From assembly GCA_965218695.1 (NCBI GenBank), contig OZ244651.1:64001-128000 (forward strand): 64,000 bases of DNA. Reading direction: 5' to 3'. A program made the translations under genes and the position numbers. The notes under the pieces are model-generated. The model was not told where the DNA came from. It worked only from the letters and a program-made list of their open reading frames with translations, and searched no databases. Origin of the DNA: Nitrosopumilus sp. (GTDB lineage Archaea > Thermoproteota > Nitrososphaeria > Nitrososphaerales > Nitrosopumilaceae). Positions within the stretch are counted from its first letter, which is position 1, and each line of letters opens with the position of its first letter. Positions 1 to 9,414 of the stretch are shown here, piece after piece.

Positions 1-162
1 CTTGTCCTCCCCGCCAAAATCCACCAGAATGCATGTTGCCCGCATCCTGACCACATAGTCAGAATGGTTCAGGAGGCTCACAAAATACTGGGTGTCCTCT
101 TGCTCGTACCGGGACTCCATCTCGGCAAATATCTTCATCCGCTCGTCAGTTACAACCTGCAA
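1..162 (-). CDS. HEAT/PBS-lyase repeat protein, N-terminal part (runs off the window)
   Basis: Manual translation from TTG at 162: MQVVTDERMKIFAEMESRYEQEDTQYFVSLLNHSDYVVRMRATCILVDFGGEDK, a HEAT-like pattern. TATA-like ATATATTA at 186-193. Confidence 0.7.
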   Translation of the reverse strand, partial: MQVVTDERMKIFAEMESRYEQEDTQYFVSLLNHSDYVVRMRATCILVDFGGEDK

Positions 163-212
163 TTTATTTTGGGATTTTCAGCGGCATATATTAGGCTAAT
201 TGAAGGCAAGTA

Positions 213-304
213 GTACATACTCAGATCCCGGTATTGTCTAGGCGTAAACATGTACTGTTTTACGTATATTCACGCCTGAGTTTGAGGGGGACCTGAGTAT
301 GTAC
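213..304. mobile_element. 92-bp MITE, copy 1
   Basis: TIR GTACATACTCAGRTCCC...GGGACCTGAGTATGTAC. 8-bp TSD GGCAAGTA at 205-212 and 305-312. Near-identical inverted copy at 13779-13870. Confidence 0.92.
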
Positions 305-328
305 GGCAAGTACGGATACGCCGTTCCT

Positions 329-375
329 GATACCACTCCGGATACGACTCGGGATACCACTCCGGACAGCATCCG
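329..375 (+). repeat. Degenerate 12-bp tandem repeat (GATACCACTCCG, about 4 units)
   Basis: gataccactccg / gatacgactcgg / gataccactccg / gacagcatccg. Confidence 0.6.
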
Positions 376-447
376 ACAAGACATGCAGGTCATGCCCCAC
401 AGTAGGGAGGAGGTATGTATTTAATGGAAAAACTATACAGCAGAACT

Positions 448-1113
448 ATGAGCGCAGTTATAGGCAGCAAGGTGCCAAACTTCAAGGTCTCAGAATGGGT
501 ACAGGGAGCTCCTACAAATTTTGACCAGGAAAAGGATCACATAGTACTGTTGGAGGTGTTTCAGGTCAACTGCCCGGGCTGCTTCATGCATGCGATTCCC
601 GAGGCAATCAGCATCTACAACAAATACAAGGATGAGGGGGTACGCGTACTGGGCATGGCCACTGCCTTTGAGGATTTCGACAACAATACGCTGGAGAATC
701 TAAAGATGCTTGCAGAGACAGGCACTGTGATAGGAGAGACAAAAAAGGCGCTTTCCATATACGGACAGCTCAAGGATGGCGACAAGCTTGCATACAGCAT
801 TCCGTTTCCGCTCGGGATGGACAGCCTTACAAAGACCGGAGGGGAGGTCAGCATGGAGAAGATCATGGAGTTTATCTATCCGCAGATTCCGGAGTTTGAC
901 TCGCACTCAGAGGATTATAGAAACCAAGTCATTGAAAAGGTAAGGGACTACATGAGATCAAGGGAGTATTCTGCAGGGACCTTTGAGAAGTTTGCGTTGC
1001 GGGGAACTCCTTCGACGATCCTAGTTGACAGAAAGGGAATTCTCAGGGACGTCTCGTTTGGCCAGTCAGGGCACATCGACGGAATGATTCAAAGGCTTCT
1101 TGACGAGAACTGA
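448..1113 (+). CDS. Redoxin/TlpA-like thioredoxin-fold protein
   Basis: FQVNCPGC (CxxC) motif; GTPSTILVDRKGILR cis-Pro loop. Start taken at ATG 448. Confidence 0.85.
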   Translation: MSAVIGSKVPNFKVSEWVQGAPTNFDQEKDHIVLLEVFQVNCPGCFMHAIPEAISIYNKYKDEGVRVLGMATAFEDFDNNTLENLKMLAETGTVIGETKKALSIYGQLKDGDKLAYSIPFPLGMDSLTKTGGEVSMEKIMEFIYPQIPEFDSHSEDYRNQVIEKVRDYMRSREYSAGTFEKFALRGTPSTILVDRKGILRDVSFGQSGHIDGMIQRLLDEN

Positions 1114-1187
1114 CTTATCGAATCAGGACAACTGCCACAGACAGCACAACCACTATGACAAACCCCCCGATCAGGGCAATCTTGGGA

Positions 1188-1451
1188 TTATCCATGGTGC
1201 AGCACGTGTGCGGGGTAAAAAGAGTCTTTAATCACGAGCCGGACATCCACGGTGTTGGTATCGATATCAAACTCAAAACCATTCACGTCGGAGTTTGATG
1301 CCACCCGAACCTCATGGTCCTCTGAATCAATCTGAATATCAGATCGTGCTAGGAATCCGGGGTTTTCAGGCAGCAGCTGCTGCTGTGCATGTACGGAGGA
1401 GGCCAGAAGGAATGGTACAACTAGCAGTAGTATCAGAAATACAGGTCTCAA
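1188..1451 (-). pseudogene. Short secreted-protein ORF, probably a truncated thaumarchaeal surface-protein gene
   Basis: Signal peptide followed by a beta-rich segment that stops after 87 aa with no anchor. Lies directly downstream of rpl15e. Confidence 0.4.
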
Positions 1452-1452
1452 C

Positions 1453-1908
1453 CTATGCGGTTTGCGGTGCCCGCCGGTTTAATTCTTTATCCCGGGAAAT
1501 CCTGGGATGGTTGGGATCTGCCATGATGACTTCAAACCAATAGTGCTTTCCGTCCTTGTAGATAAAGTAGGAGCCCAGCAGGGTCATGTTTGGGTACCTC
1601 TCCATGACCCTTCTCTCTGCAACAGTCTTCATGTTGTCGTCTGCCTTGATTCGGGTGACTCCAAGATGTTTTGGTCTCCTGCCTCCGGTGGGCCTCTGCT
1701 TTCTCATGCCGCCGGTTCCCACCCTCATGCGGACAACGATTATGCCCTGCTTTGCCTTGTATCCCAGTCGTCTGGCCCTTTGAATCCTGCTTGGCTTTTC
1801 AATGCGGGTAATTGCGTTTTGCTTGCGCCACTTGACTATGCGCTCACGCAGTTCAGGGGCATTCTCCTTCCAGAGTCTTATCCACATCTGATCCTGATAA
1901 CTGGGCAT
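1453..1908 (-). CDS. rpl15e: 50S ribosomal protein L15e
   Basis: RARRLGYKAKQG, GRRPKHLG and YWFEVIMADP motifs; start at MPSY (1908). Confidence 0.97.
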   Translation of the reverse strand: MPSYQDQMWIRLWKENAPELRERIVKWRKQNAITRIEKPSRIQRARRLGYKAKQGIIVVRMRVGTGGMRKQRPTGGRRPKHLGVTRIKADDNMKTVAERRVMERYPNMTLLGSYFIYKDGKHYWFEVIMADPNHPRISRDKELNRRAPQTA

Positions 1909-2067
1909 AGAGTGCATGATGAAACACCCTTTAATAATTGATCTACATGGCATGGCCAGATTCTGGATCCGCCCAGACACGAATCATGCCCGGCTTTGGG
2001 CATTCCAATCATCAGGATTCATTCTGCAGAACAGCAATTATTAAGGCAACGGGAGTGTAATGAAGAG

Positions 2068-2712
2068 ATGAGTGCAATGAGGGCATTGCCAGTCATGCTC
2101 CTGCTAATCGGGACGGTCTTTACTCTGCCTGCACACGCAGAGCCATCAGTATCCATAGTAATGGAAAAGGACACGTACACGTACTGTGAAAAGTTGTTCT
2201 ATACAATTACAGTCTCAGAGGTTACAGTAGATCTTGCAATAATCCACATCATAGACGGGGATGGAAAAAGTAGCAGTGCAATCCCCATTCCAGTAACAGG
2301 CCTTCAGACCCCGGTTCCTGCTCCGTTTGCCTTTGAAAGGGAGATATTTTCTCCCGGAACATACTCGATTGATGTGACGTACTCGGGTACCCAAACCACT
2401 GCAGAGTTTGTTCTGGTTGATACTGACATAGAGTGCATTCCACAGGTAGCCAGAGAGTTCATGGCCAACTGGCTGACAGGAAACATCTCTGATGGAACTC
2501 TGGTGGATGCGTTTCAAAAATTTGTTGACGGTAGCATAATCAACATCCCGTTTGATGTTAATGGGGACAACATACACGACATTGGCATTCCAGAATGGGT
2601 AAAGAATCTCGGGTACTGGTGGATTACCGATGCCGTGTCAGACGGGGAGTTTGCCCGGGCAATCAATTATCTGGCAAGTAACGGCATCATAGGACCACGG
2701 ACCGGAATATGA
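2068..2712 (+). CDS. Secreted protein with C-terminal thaumarchaeal IPxWVKN..WW..(S)DxEF surface domain
   Basis: Signal peptide; IPEWVKNLGYWWITDAVSDGEFARAINYL. Confidence 0.75.
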   Translation: MSAMRALPVMLLLIGTVFTLPAHAEPSVSIVMEKDTYTYCEKLFYTITVSEVTVDLAIIHIIDGDGKSSSAIPIPVTGLQTPVPAPFAFEREIFSPGTYSIDVTYSGTQTTAEFVLVDTDIECIPQVAREFMANWLTGNISDGTLVDAFQKFVDGSIINIPFDVNGDNIHDIGIPEWVKNLGYWWITDAVSDGEFARAINYLASNGIIGPRTGI

Positions 2713-3224
2713 ACAGGTATTCAGTGATTACGGCAGTGGCAGTGGCAGTTATTGTAAGTCCGTTTGCATTCTCCGGACTGAGTATTCTGGGTGCACAACA
2801 GCTGGAGTATAGGTGGAATTCGCCTGGCGAGTTTTCATTTTTTGCACTCTCAAACCACGGGGAGGTGGAATTTTGCAACACGGTACCGTTTTGGATCAGT
2901 CTTCAAAAATTCGAGATTGCGCCATTCTATGCAGAAAACCACATGGGCACATATACTGTCGAACAGATGACCCTGAACCCGTCATCGTCAGAAGTGCAGC
3001 ATGGGACGTTCAGATCCGAGAGCTACGTAACGTCCCAGCATGTCTTTATGACCTTTGATTTCCAGTTTAATGAAGGAGCGACGAGGCTGGATCCCAATCA
3101 GTTTGTCGTGGCAGTCCAGATAAGCACGCCCATCATGGGATTCATACCATACTCTACTACAACATTCATTCCGGGATTCGACTTTGACCAATACATGAGT
3201 CAGGATGATCTGTCCTGCGCCTAG
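2709..3224 (+). CDS. Membrane-anchored hypothetical protein
   Basis: N-terminal hydrophobic helix; 4-bp overlap with the upstream gene. Confidence 0.7.
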   Translation: MNRYSVITAVAVAVIVSPFAFSGLSILGAQQLEYRWNSPGEFSFFALSNHGEVEFCNTVPFWISLQKFEIAPFYAENHMGTYTVEQMTLNPSSSEVQHGTFRSESYVTSQHVFMTFDFQFNEGATRLDPNQFVVAVQISTPIMGFIPYSTTTFIPGFDFDQYMSQDDLSCA

Positions 3225-4018
3225 TTCCTGCGTCTGCTTATCTTTACTATGATTATGGCAAGTACTGCAATGATTCCGGCAGCTATAAAGCCTCCAACGG
3301 ATCCGGCAGCCAGATCTCCGCCTAGTCCGCGTTGGGCAGACGGTGCGGGAACACATAGGCCGTCCTCCAAAACGGTACCGTCTCCGCACCTCTCATCCAG
3401 AACACATAGGCCGTCCTCCATAATGGTACCGAAACCGCAGGTCACGGATGTGTCAGGTACGACGGGAGTCTCCAATTCCGGATCCGGATCTGCTGGCTGG
3501 TCGGGTACAGGAGTCTGAACCGGTGTCTGGTCGGGTACAGGATCGGGTGTATCACCCACCACGGGCGATAAACCAAACATGGAACCGACAATCTCTACCT
3601 CCTCGGTTCCTATTGGCAGACGGATGCTGAGAGTCCGGCTTGTAGAGTCAGTCTGGGATTCAACAAAATTTGCATTATCGCCGTCGGAAAGAACAAGGAA
3701 CCCATAATCCTGGCCGTCAATAACAGAGTCAAAGAACATGCGATCAAGGGTGATATCCAGAGTAGCCTGGGGTTCTGGAACATCAACAGTCAGTATCAGC
3801 GAGATCAAATCCAGATCAGCGGCCACACCAGATACGGTCATACCTGTTGCATCGTAAACAACATCGTATGATTCACCATTAACCTGTACTGATATGGTCT
3901 CTGCATGTGCCGGAGCGGAGAATGTCATCGCAAACAGAACCATGCCAATGACAATACCTGACAGCATACCTGCGTCCGGCATCCTTTCAGATCCGAATAC
4001 GCTATTTCTGCTTGACAC
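3221..4018 (-). CDS. Cell-surface protein with Pro-rich linker, two CGxGT..EDGLCV repeats and C-terminal TM anchor
   Basis: Signal peptide; PDPVPDQTP linker; CGFGTIMEDGLCV and CGDGTVLEDGLCV; hydrophobic tail ending SRRRN. Start codon uncertain. Confidence 0.75.
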   Translation of the reverse strand: MSSRNSVFGSERMPDAGMLSGIVIGMVLFAMTFSAPAHAETISVQVNGESYDVVYDATGMTVSGVAADLDLISLILTVDVPEPQATLDITLDRMFFDSVIDGQDYGFLVLSDGDNANFVESQTDSTSRTLSIRLPIGTEEVEIVGSMFGLSPVVGDTPDPVPDQTPVQTPVPDQPADPDPELETPVVPDTSVTCGFGTIMEDGLCVLDERCGDGTVLEDGLCVPAPSAQRGLGGDLAAGSVGGFIAAGIIAVLAIIIVKISRRRN

Positions 4019-4143
4019 GATTGTTAGCTCGCAGACAGATGTTAAAAAGAGTAAGTAGATAATTAATCACGAAGAAGTCAAGGTTTTTTACTCAGAGTCA
4101 GAACCCAAACCACATTCCATGCAGAGGATCTCCTGCAGGTGGA

Positions 4144-5076
4144 TCAGATCACGCCGCGTAGTATCTGTATGATCTTCTCGCCAATCACATTGGCGGCAAG
4201 CGACTGGGCCTCCCTTGTCTGTGCGCCTATGTGCGGGGTCAGTATTACATTGTCAAGATCGGCCAGTCTGCTTCCAAGGGCGGGTTCTGTCTCAAATACA
4301 TCCAGTGCCGCCCCACCCAGAGTGCCATTCCCGAGTGCGTCATACAGCGCATCCTCATCAACCACGCCGCCCCTTGAGGTGTTGATGACCTTGGCAGTAT
4401 TCTTCATGATGGAGATCTTTTGTGCATTCAAAAGATGGTATGTCGAATCCAGTAACGGGACATGAATCGATACATAGTCAGAGCTCTGCAGCAGGGTATC
4501 CAGATCGGCCTTCATCAGGCCCACCTCCTTGGAAAATTCAGGATCAATCGGAATTACGTCGTGCCCGATGATGTTCATGTTAAGCGCGCGTGCAAGCCTT
4601 CCCAGTCTCTTTCCAATGTTGCCCAGTCCGATTATTCCAAGATACTTTCCCCTCAGTTCCGTCCCCTTTAGCTCTTTTTTGAGCCACTGGCCGTTTCGAA
4701 CCCCCCTGTCGCCCCGGACAGTCTGCCTTGCAAGGGCCAGCATCAGTCCCAAGACCAGTTCTGCAACTGCATTCATTGCGCCCTCTACGGCATTGATTAC
4801 ACGTATGTTTCTCTCCTTGGCAGCGGCTTGATCCACATTGTCAAGACCGACACCAACCCTGGCAATAATACTGCAATTTTCGGCCTTTTGGATCATCTCC
4901 CTGGTGATGGAGGTTCTGCTTCTGACGATGACTATATGAAAACCAGCAATGATTTTTAGAATCTCCTCAGGAGTGATCTCAGGATTGTATGTAACCTTCA
5001 GGCCGTTATCCTCAAGAATCTTTTTAAGAATCGGATCCACCTCGTCGCATACAAGCACGGATTCATCAAATCCCAT
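4144..5076 (-). CDS. serA: D-isomer-specific 2-hydroxyacid dehydrogenase (phosphoglycerate dehydrogenase-like)
   Basis: GLGNIG Rossmann motif, INTSRG, LDVFETEP, TPHIGAQT. Confidence 0.85.
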   Translation of the reverse strand: MGFDESVLVCDEVDPILKKILEDNGLKVTYNPEITPEEILKIIAGFHIVIVRSRTSITREMIQKAENCSIIARVGVGLDNVDQAAAKERNIRVINAVEGAMNAVAELVLGLMLALARQTVRGDRGVRNGQWLKKELKGTELRGKYLGIIGLGNIGKRLGRLARALNMNIIGHDVIPIDPEFSKEVGLMKADLDTLLQSSDYVSIHVPLLDSTYHLLNAQKISIMKNTAKVINTSRGGVVDEDALYDALGNGTLGGAALDVFETEPALGSRLADLDNVILTPHIGAQTREAQSLAANVIGEKIIQILRGVI

Positions 5077-5277
5077 GGACTAGCCAAACAAGATACTGAA
5101 TATAAGTATGTGTTTGAGGGGTTGCATCAGGCGGGACATATGGACATTCACGCCCATCCCTGACCGGAATCCGTGCGTCCGTGCGTTCCGGCAAAGTTAT
5201 CAGAAGGCCCGGGTGTTTGATCTGGACCCCTGTTTTTGGTACCACTTTTTGCATCTTTTTCCGAATAATCCTGCCTC

Positions 5278-6111
5278 TCATTTATTCCCAACCTCCATCT
5301 TGCCTACAAACTCATCAGGTGTAAGATATCCCAGCGCCGAATGGATCCTGTCCTTGTTGTAGTCCTCAAAGGCCTTTGCAAGCACGACCTCGGCATCCTG
5401 AAAGCGTGCAAATTCATGCGGCCAGATGTACTCCCTCTTGAGCGTCCCGTGGAATGACTCCACGTGTCCGTTCTGCTCCGGCGTCTGCTTCCAGATGAAC
5501 TCGTGTCTTATCCCCAGTGCCTGCATGGCCTTTTTGAATTCGCGGCTGCTGTACTGGGAACCGTTGTCGGTCCTGAGCCTCAGGTTTGAGATCTCTCCTG
5601 CAGACGACACCGCCTTTAGCACCGATTGCACTGCCGTGTGGGCAGGAGCCGTGGTGTCAAACATGTACGCCACCCACTTTCTGGTGAACACGTCAAGGAC
5701 GTTGAAACAGTAGCACCATCCATCAATCCCGCAGTGGATGTACGTTATGTCAGTCTCCCATAGCTGGTTGGGTGCGGTGGGCTTGAACCTCCTGCGCCTT
5801 GAGGCACGAATGATGTCGTTTTTAGTCTTTTTGGGCTCGATCCAGCCTATTTTGTGATATATTCGCTGTATTCTCTTGCGATTTGTTGGAATGTTTGTCT
5901 CCCTGGTGACCTGCGCTGCCATGCGCCTGGTTCCGTACGTGGGACGCTTGGAGGCTATGGTTCTTACCACGTCAACCACGTCCGGGTCCATGGCCACGTC
6001 TCTTGGCTTCTTGGTGTAGTACCAGGCATGCTTGGACATGCCGCAGTACTGCAGGGCCTTGTTCAGGCTCATACGCTTGCTTACATCACTGATGGCCTGC
6101 ATCTTCATCAC
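5278..6111 (-). CDS. IS3 transposase OrfB (rve DDE integrase)
   Basis: WETDITY, TDNGSQY, NGHVESFHGTLKRE, HSALGYLTP. Confidence 0.95.
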   Translation of the reverse strand: MMKMQAISDVSKRMSLNKALQYCGMSKHAWYYTKKPRDVAMDPDVVDVVRTIASKRPTYGTRRMAAQVTRETNIPTNRKRIQRIYHKIGWIEPKKTKNDIIRASRRRRFKPTAPNQLWETDITYIHCGIDGWCYCFNVLDVFTRKWVAYMFDTTAPAHTAVQSVLKAVSSAGEISNLRLRTDNGSQYSSREFKKAMQALGIRHEFIWKQTPEQNGHVESFHGTLKREYIWPHEFARFQDAEVVLAKAFEDYNKDRIHSALGYLTPDEFVGKMEVGNK

Positions 6112-6386
6112 TTTGTTCCCTCCAAAGTTTTTTTTAAAATATCGTTGGCTACGGTGATCTCACCGATTATGCGCTTGAGGTTTTCCACCTCTGCCAAATG
6201 GTTTTTGGCCGCATCTCCCCTGTTTATGAGAGCATGTTTGCCTCCCTGCAGGAACTTGCCCTTCCAGTCCTGAAAGGTTGCAGGAGATATGTTGTGCTTT
6301 CGGCACAGCTCGGCAGCCGGCACATTGGTGGTAAAAAATTCCATCACTATCATGACCTTGTCTTGTGGACTTCGCCTCTTGCTCAT
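6108..6386 (-). CDS. IS3 transposase OrfA (HTH)
   Basis: AELCRKHNISPATFQDWK HTH plus zipper. A8C slippery run at 6127-6135 (minus strand) before the -1 frame orfB. Confidence 0.9.
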   Translation of the reverse strand: MSKRRSPQDKVMIVMEFFTTNVPAAELCRKHNISPATFQDWKGKFLQGGKHALINRGDAAKNHLAEVENLKRIIGEITVANDILKKTLEGTK

Positions 6387-6588
6387 GCCCTTCCCTCGAC
6401 CCCCTGCTCCAAAAAACATTCGGATTTGATCGGTCTCATTCTAGCGGGGTCCGGCCCATGTTGGGCATGGCCGGAAGTCATACAGACAGGGAAATCGGAT
6501 TGCGTTCAATTCAAGGCAGGGGTGCCTGTCAGAATAAGCCGTACGCAAGGCGTGGCTGAAGGACAAAAAAAGTAAAAAAGTATGATCA

Positions 6589-7998
6589 TTAAGAAGTTAG
6601 AATTTCTGCAACTACAGGAATTACTTCCCACAGTGCAATTTTACCACTTTCTTGCATTTCAGAAGCTACTTCATCGGTGTAGAGGCCGTGAATGTTTATT
6701 GCAGGGTGTGCAACACTGTTCATGCCCATTGGTGGAACCGCATCGCTTGGGTTACCAAGTGCATACGCATATGATGGTACAGGCTCCGGGATGACTCCCT
6801 TTTCAACCAGAACTGGGTTCAGACCGAATGGATCACCTGCGACAAAGACTGTTGCTGCTCCGGTGTAGAGTGCTGCATAGTCGTGGTTGACGGCTGCATA
6901 TGCGCCTGGCTCGTCAAATACGAGATCAACAGTCATTCCCTGTGAGCCACCAAGTAGCCATGTCTCGGTTGCTGCAGATTGTACACGGTTGCCCTGTACG
7001 ACCCGGTCCAGAATCTCTCCCACTATGTGGAAGAATACTGGCTCGTTGCCGTGATTCTCTATAAAGAGTCTCACGTGCTGATCGAGTTCCACAAACAAGA
7101 GCTGTGACTGGTACTGCTTGTGTTCTAGACCGTTCCATGGCTGTGCAACGAAGATGTTAGAGTTAACATCTCCATTGACAAGCAGGTTGTGTGCCATGTT
7201 TGGAACGTATCCAAACTGCATTCCGTTAACGACTGTTGCAGTGTTGTGATGTCCAAACATTGCTACTGCGTCGTATCCGCCTGCGTCAGTCAGGTACAGT
7301 TGATTGTACTGGAGTTGGAACTCTAGTGCATCAGCGTCATAGAACACTCTGTCTATCTCACCGCTGCCGCTTGTCTTCTCAACCATCAGCTTCTTGTATC
7401 CGTTTGCAGGATCAACTATTGCGAGTCCGTACATGCCGGAAAAGACGTGCTCATCCATAGCAACCAGTTTGATGCCGGAGCAGTGGTACTTGAAGGTACC
7501 AGCAGCCTCAGCAATGTAACAGTACTGGGATGTTTCGCCGGGGTTGACAGACTCAAACGCGCCAGATGAGATCTGTGATGCGTGCATGTCGTTGCCGTGT
7601 GCTATAGGCTCATCTGCCGGAATGGTCAGAGTCATCTTGACTACGTCGCCTTGGGTTACCCTCAGGGTTGGTCCTGGGACCTGGCCACTAAAGGTCATGG
7701 CGTTGAATGTCTTTCCTCCTATGATTGGAAGTTCGACGCTCTCAGCAGTCAGATTGAACTCGGCTACGTTACGCCCGGTTGATTCCAGTACGGAACAATC
7801 GGTTTCTGCAAATGCTTCAGGCATTACAAGCTGCAAGCCGCCCATCTGATGAATCTGATCAAGTGCATCGGCATTCATTTGATTAATGTCGATTGTTTGA
7901 CCAGAAATCTGGGTCTGTGTGTATGTGCTTCCGAATAAGGTTGCGCCCATTATAGTTACTGCTGCAACTGTAAAGAGCATACTTACACGCTTATTCAT
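6589..7998 (-). CDS. nirK: Copper-containing nitrite reductase (AOA-type NirK)
   Basis: VPGPTLRVTQGD, HGNDMH, YHC...H...M type-1 Cu ligands, FHIVG, NHDY; N-terminal signal anchor. Confidence 0.93.
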   Translation of the reverse strand: MNKRVSMLFTVAAVTIMGATLFGSTYTQTQISGQTIDINQMNADALDQIHQMGGLQLVMPEAFAETDCSVLESTGRNVAEFNLTAESVELPIIGGKTFNAMTFSGQVPGPTLRVTQGDVVKMTLTIPADEPIAHGNDMHASQISSGAFESVNPGETSQYCYIAEAAGTFKYHCSGIKLVAMDEHVFSGMYGLAIVDPANGYKKLMVEKTSGSGEIDRVFYDADALEFQLQYNQLYLTDAGGYDAVAMFGHHNTATVVNGMQFGYVPNMAHNLLVNGDVNSNIFVAQPWNGLEHKQYQSQLLFVELDQHVRLFIENHGNEPVFFHIVGEILDRVVQGNRVQSAATETWLLGGSQGMTVDLVFDEPGAYAAVNHDYAALYTGAATVFVAGDPFGLNPVLVEKGVIPEPVPSYAYALGNPSDAVPPMGMNSVAHPAINIHGLYTDEVASEMQESGKIALWEVIPVVAEILTS

Positions 7999-8020
7999 GG
8001 GAATGATGACGTGTAGTCAC

Positions 8021-8034
8021 TATATAATAATTCC
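8021..8034 (-). promoter_or_regulatory. TATA/BRE promoter of nirK
   Basis: Minus strand GGAATTATTATATA about 23-36 bp upstream of the ATG. Confidence 0.6.
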
Positions 8035-8043
8035 TATCAATAC

Positions 8044-9406
8044 AACTTTGTTTCCTAATTATCTTCAACCACGCCTAACTCTTCCAGAGTCATGTCAGTC
8101 AGTCAGCCCAGACGAATTTGAATACCGTGTCAAACACTTTCAATAGAAAACTGTATTGATCAGAGAGGCGTGCAGACAGTCAGGCCAACAACCATGACTG
8201 AAAACACGCCATCTCCAGACAAGACGGGCACGCATGACGCTAAAAAATCTTTCAAATCAGAAGGGCGCAGGTTCCGGTACGATGACCGCAGGTACATAGA
8301 CCGCGGTCAGCTGTGGTCCCTCCAGATAAACCAGGAGATCCTGACGCGGGACGTGGAGAAGCTAAACAGCGGAAAGGTCGGCCACCCGTACGTGTTCTCA
8401 AACGCGTGCTTTGCAGCAGCGTTCCTGTTCAGGAATGCCACCGGCATCAGGTACAGGCAGCTCCAGGGCCTGGCAGAGACCGTGGTTGGCAAGGAAAACT
8501 CACCCACGTACTCGGCATTCCAGAAGAGGATTGCCAAGCTTGGCTGCACCTTTGACGAGAAGGGTGCCGGCAACACGACTTCGGTGTGGTTTTCAGACGG
8601 CGGCGCCAGAACAGAGATCAGCCTGTTTGCATTTGACTCCACGGGGCTCAAGCCCACAAACCGCGGCGACTGGATGACGGCAAAGTGGGGGACCCGGCGC
8701 GGGTTCATAAAGATGCACGTCGGCGTGGACGCCAAGACCAAAAAGATCTACGCCGTGGCAATCACTGACGACAGGTGCGGGGACTCTCCGCAGTTTGAGG
8801 AACTGGTGGAGCAGGCCTTTGCAAACGCAGAAAAATCACCAAGCGCAGACACGTCTGCAGGCACCAGGGTGGCAGCCGACGGCGCGTACGACGCCAGGAA
8901 GATCCACAGGTACTGTGACGATCGCGGCATCTCCCCGCTGATTCCAGTCCGCATAAACTTTGCCGGAAAGGCAAAAGGGTGCATGCCCCGCAAGAAGGCC
9001 GGATTCGAACAGCTTGGGGGGATGGACCACATTGACAAGACGGCCGAGCGCGAGTTTGCCGGCCTTTCGCGTGAACAGAAAAGGGAATTCCAGAAGGCGT
9101 GGCGCGAGGAGTCCGGGTACAACCAGCGGTGGTCAGCCGAGATTACATTCTCCACGTTCAAGCGGGTGTTGGGCGAGTGCATAAGCGCCCGAAAATGGGA
9201 GAACGTCAAGGCCGAGATATACGGAAAGGTGCAGCTGTACAACCAGATGATCGATACTGCCATTGACAACGGGTACGGCACGCCAAGGATCGTACAAGTC
9301 TACAGACCCGAATCAAGGACGGCAGGAAATGGAGGGGATGCAGGACGATGACATAGGCAGTATTGTACAGACGGGTGTCTCTGGTTCATAATTAGGAAAC
9401 AAAGTT
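8044..9406 (+). mobile_element. IS5-family element (IS903-like, 9-bp TSD)
   Basis: Perfect 19-bp TIR AACTTTGTTTCCTAATTAT. TSD TATCAATAC at 8035-8043 and 9407-9415. Confidence 0.93.
8194..9351 (+). CDS. IS5-family DDE transposase
   Basis: FDSTG, KMHVGVD, ADGAYD, YNQRWSAEITFSTFKR. Confidence 0.93.
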   Translation: MTENTPSPDKTGTHDAKKSFKSEGRRFRYDDRRYIDRGQLWSLQINQEILTRDVEKLNSGKVGHPYVFSNACFAAAFLFRNATGIRYRQLQGLAETVVGKENSPTYSAFQKRIAKLGCTFDEKGAGNTTSVWFSDGGARTEISLFAFDSTGLKPTNRGDWMTAKWGTRRGFIKMHVGVDAKTKKIYAVAITDDRCGDSPQFEELVEQAFANAEKSPSADTSAGTRVAADGAYDARKIHRYCDDRGISPLIPVRINFAGKAKGCMPRKKAGFEQLGGMDHIDKTAEREFAGLSREQKREFQKAWREESGYNQRWSAEITFSTFKRVLGECISARKWENVKAEIYGKVQLYNQMIDTAIDNGYGTPRIVQVYRPESRTAGNGGDAGR

Positions 9407-9414
9407 TATCAATA

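Larger units (their letters stand above)
5218..6458 (-). mobile_element. IS3-family insertion sequence
   Basis: Imperfect TIRs TGATCTGGACCCC / TGGGCCGGACCCC (TG...CA). 4-bp TSD TGTT at 5214-5217 and 6459-6462. Contains orfA and orfB. Confidence 0.93.

Noticed and set aside
329-375. Mini-array or iteron-like repeat
   Set aside because: Only about four degenerate 12-mers with no spacers and no linked rep or cas gene; kept as a simple repeat.
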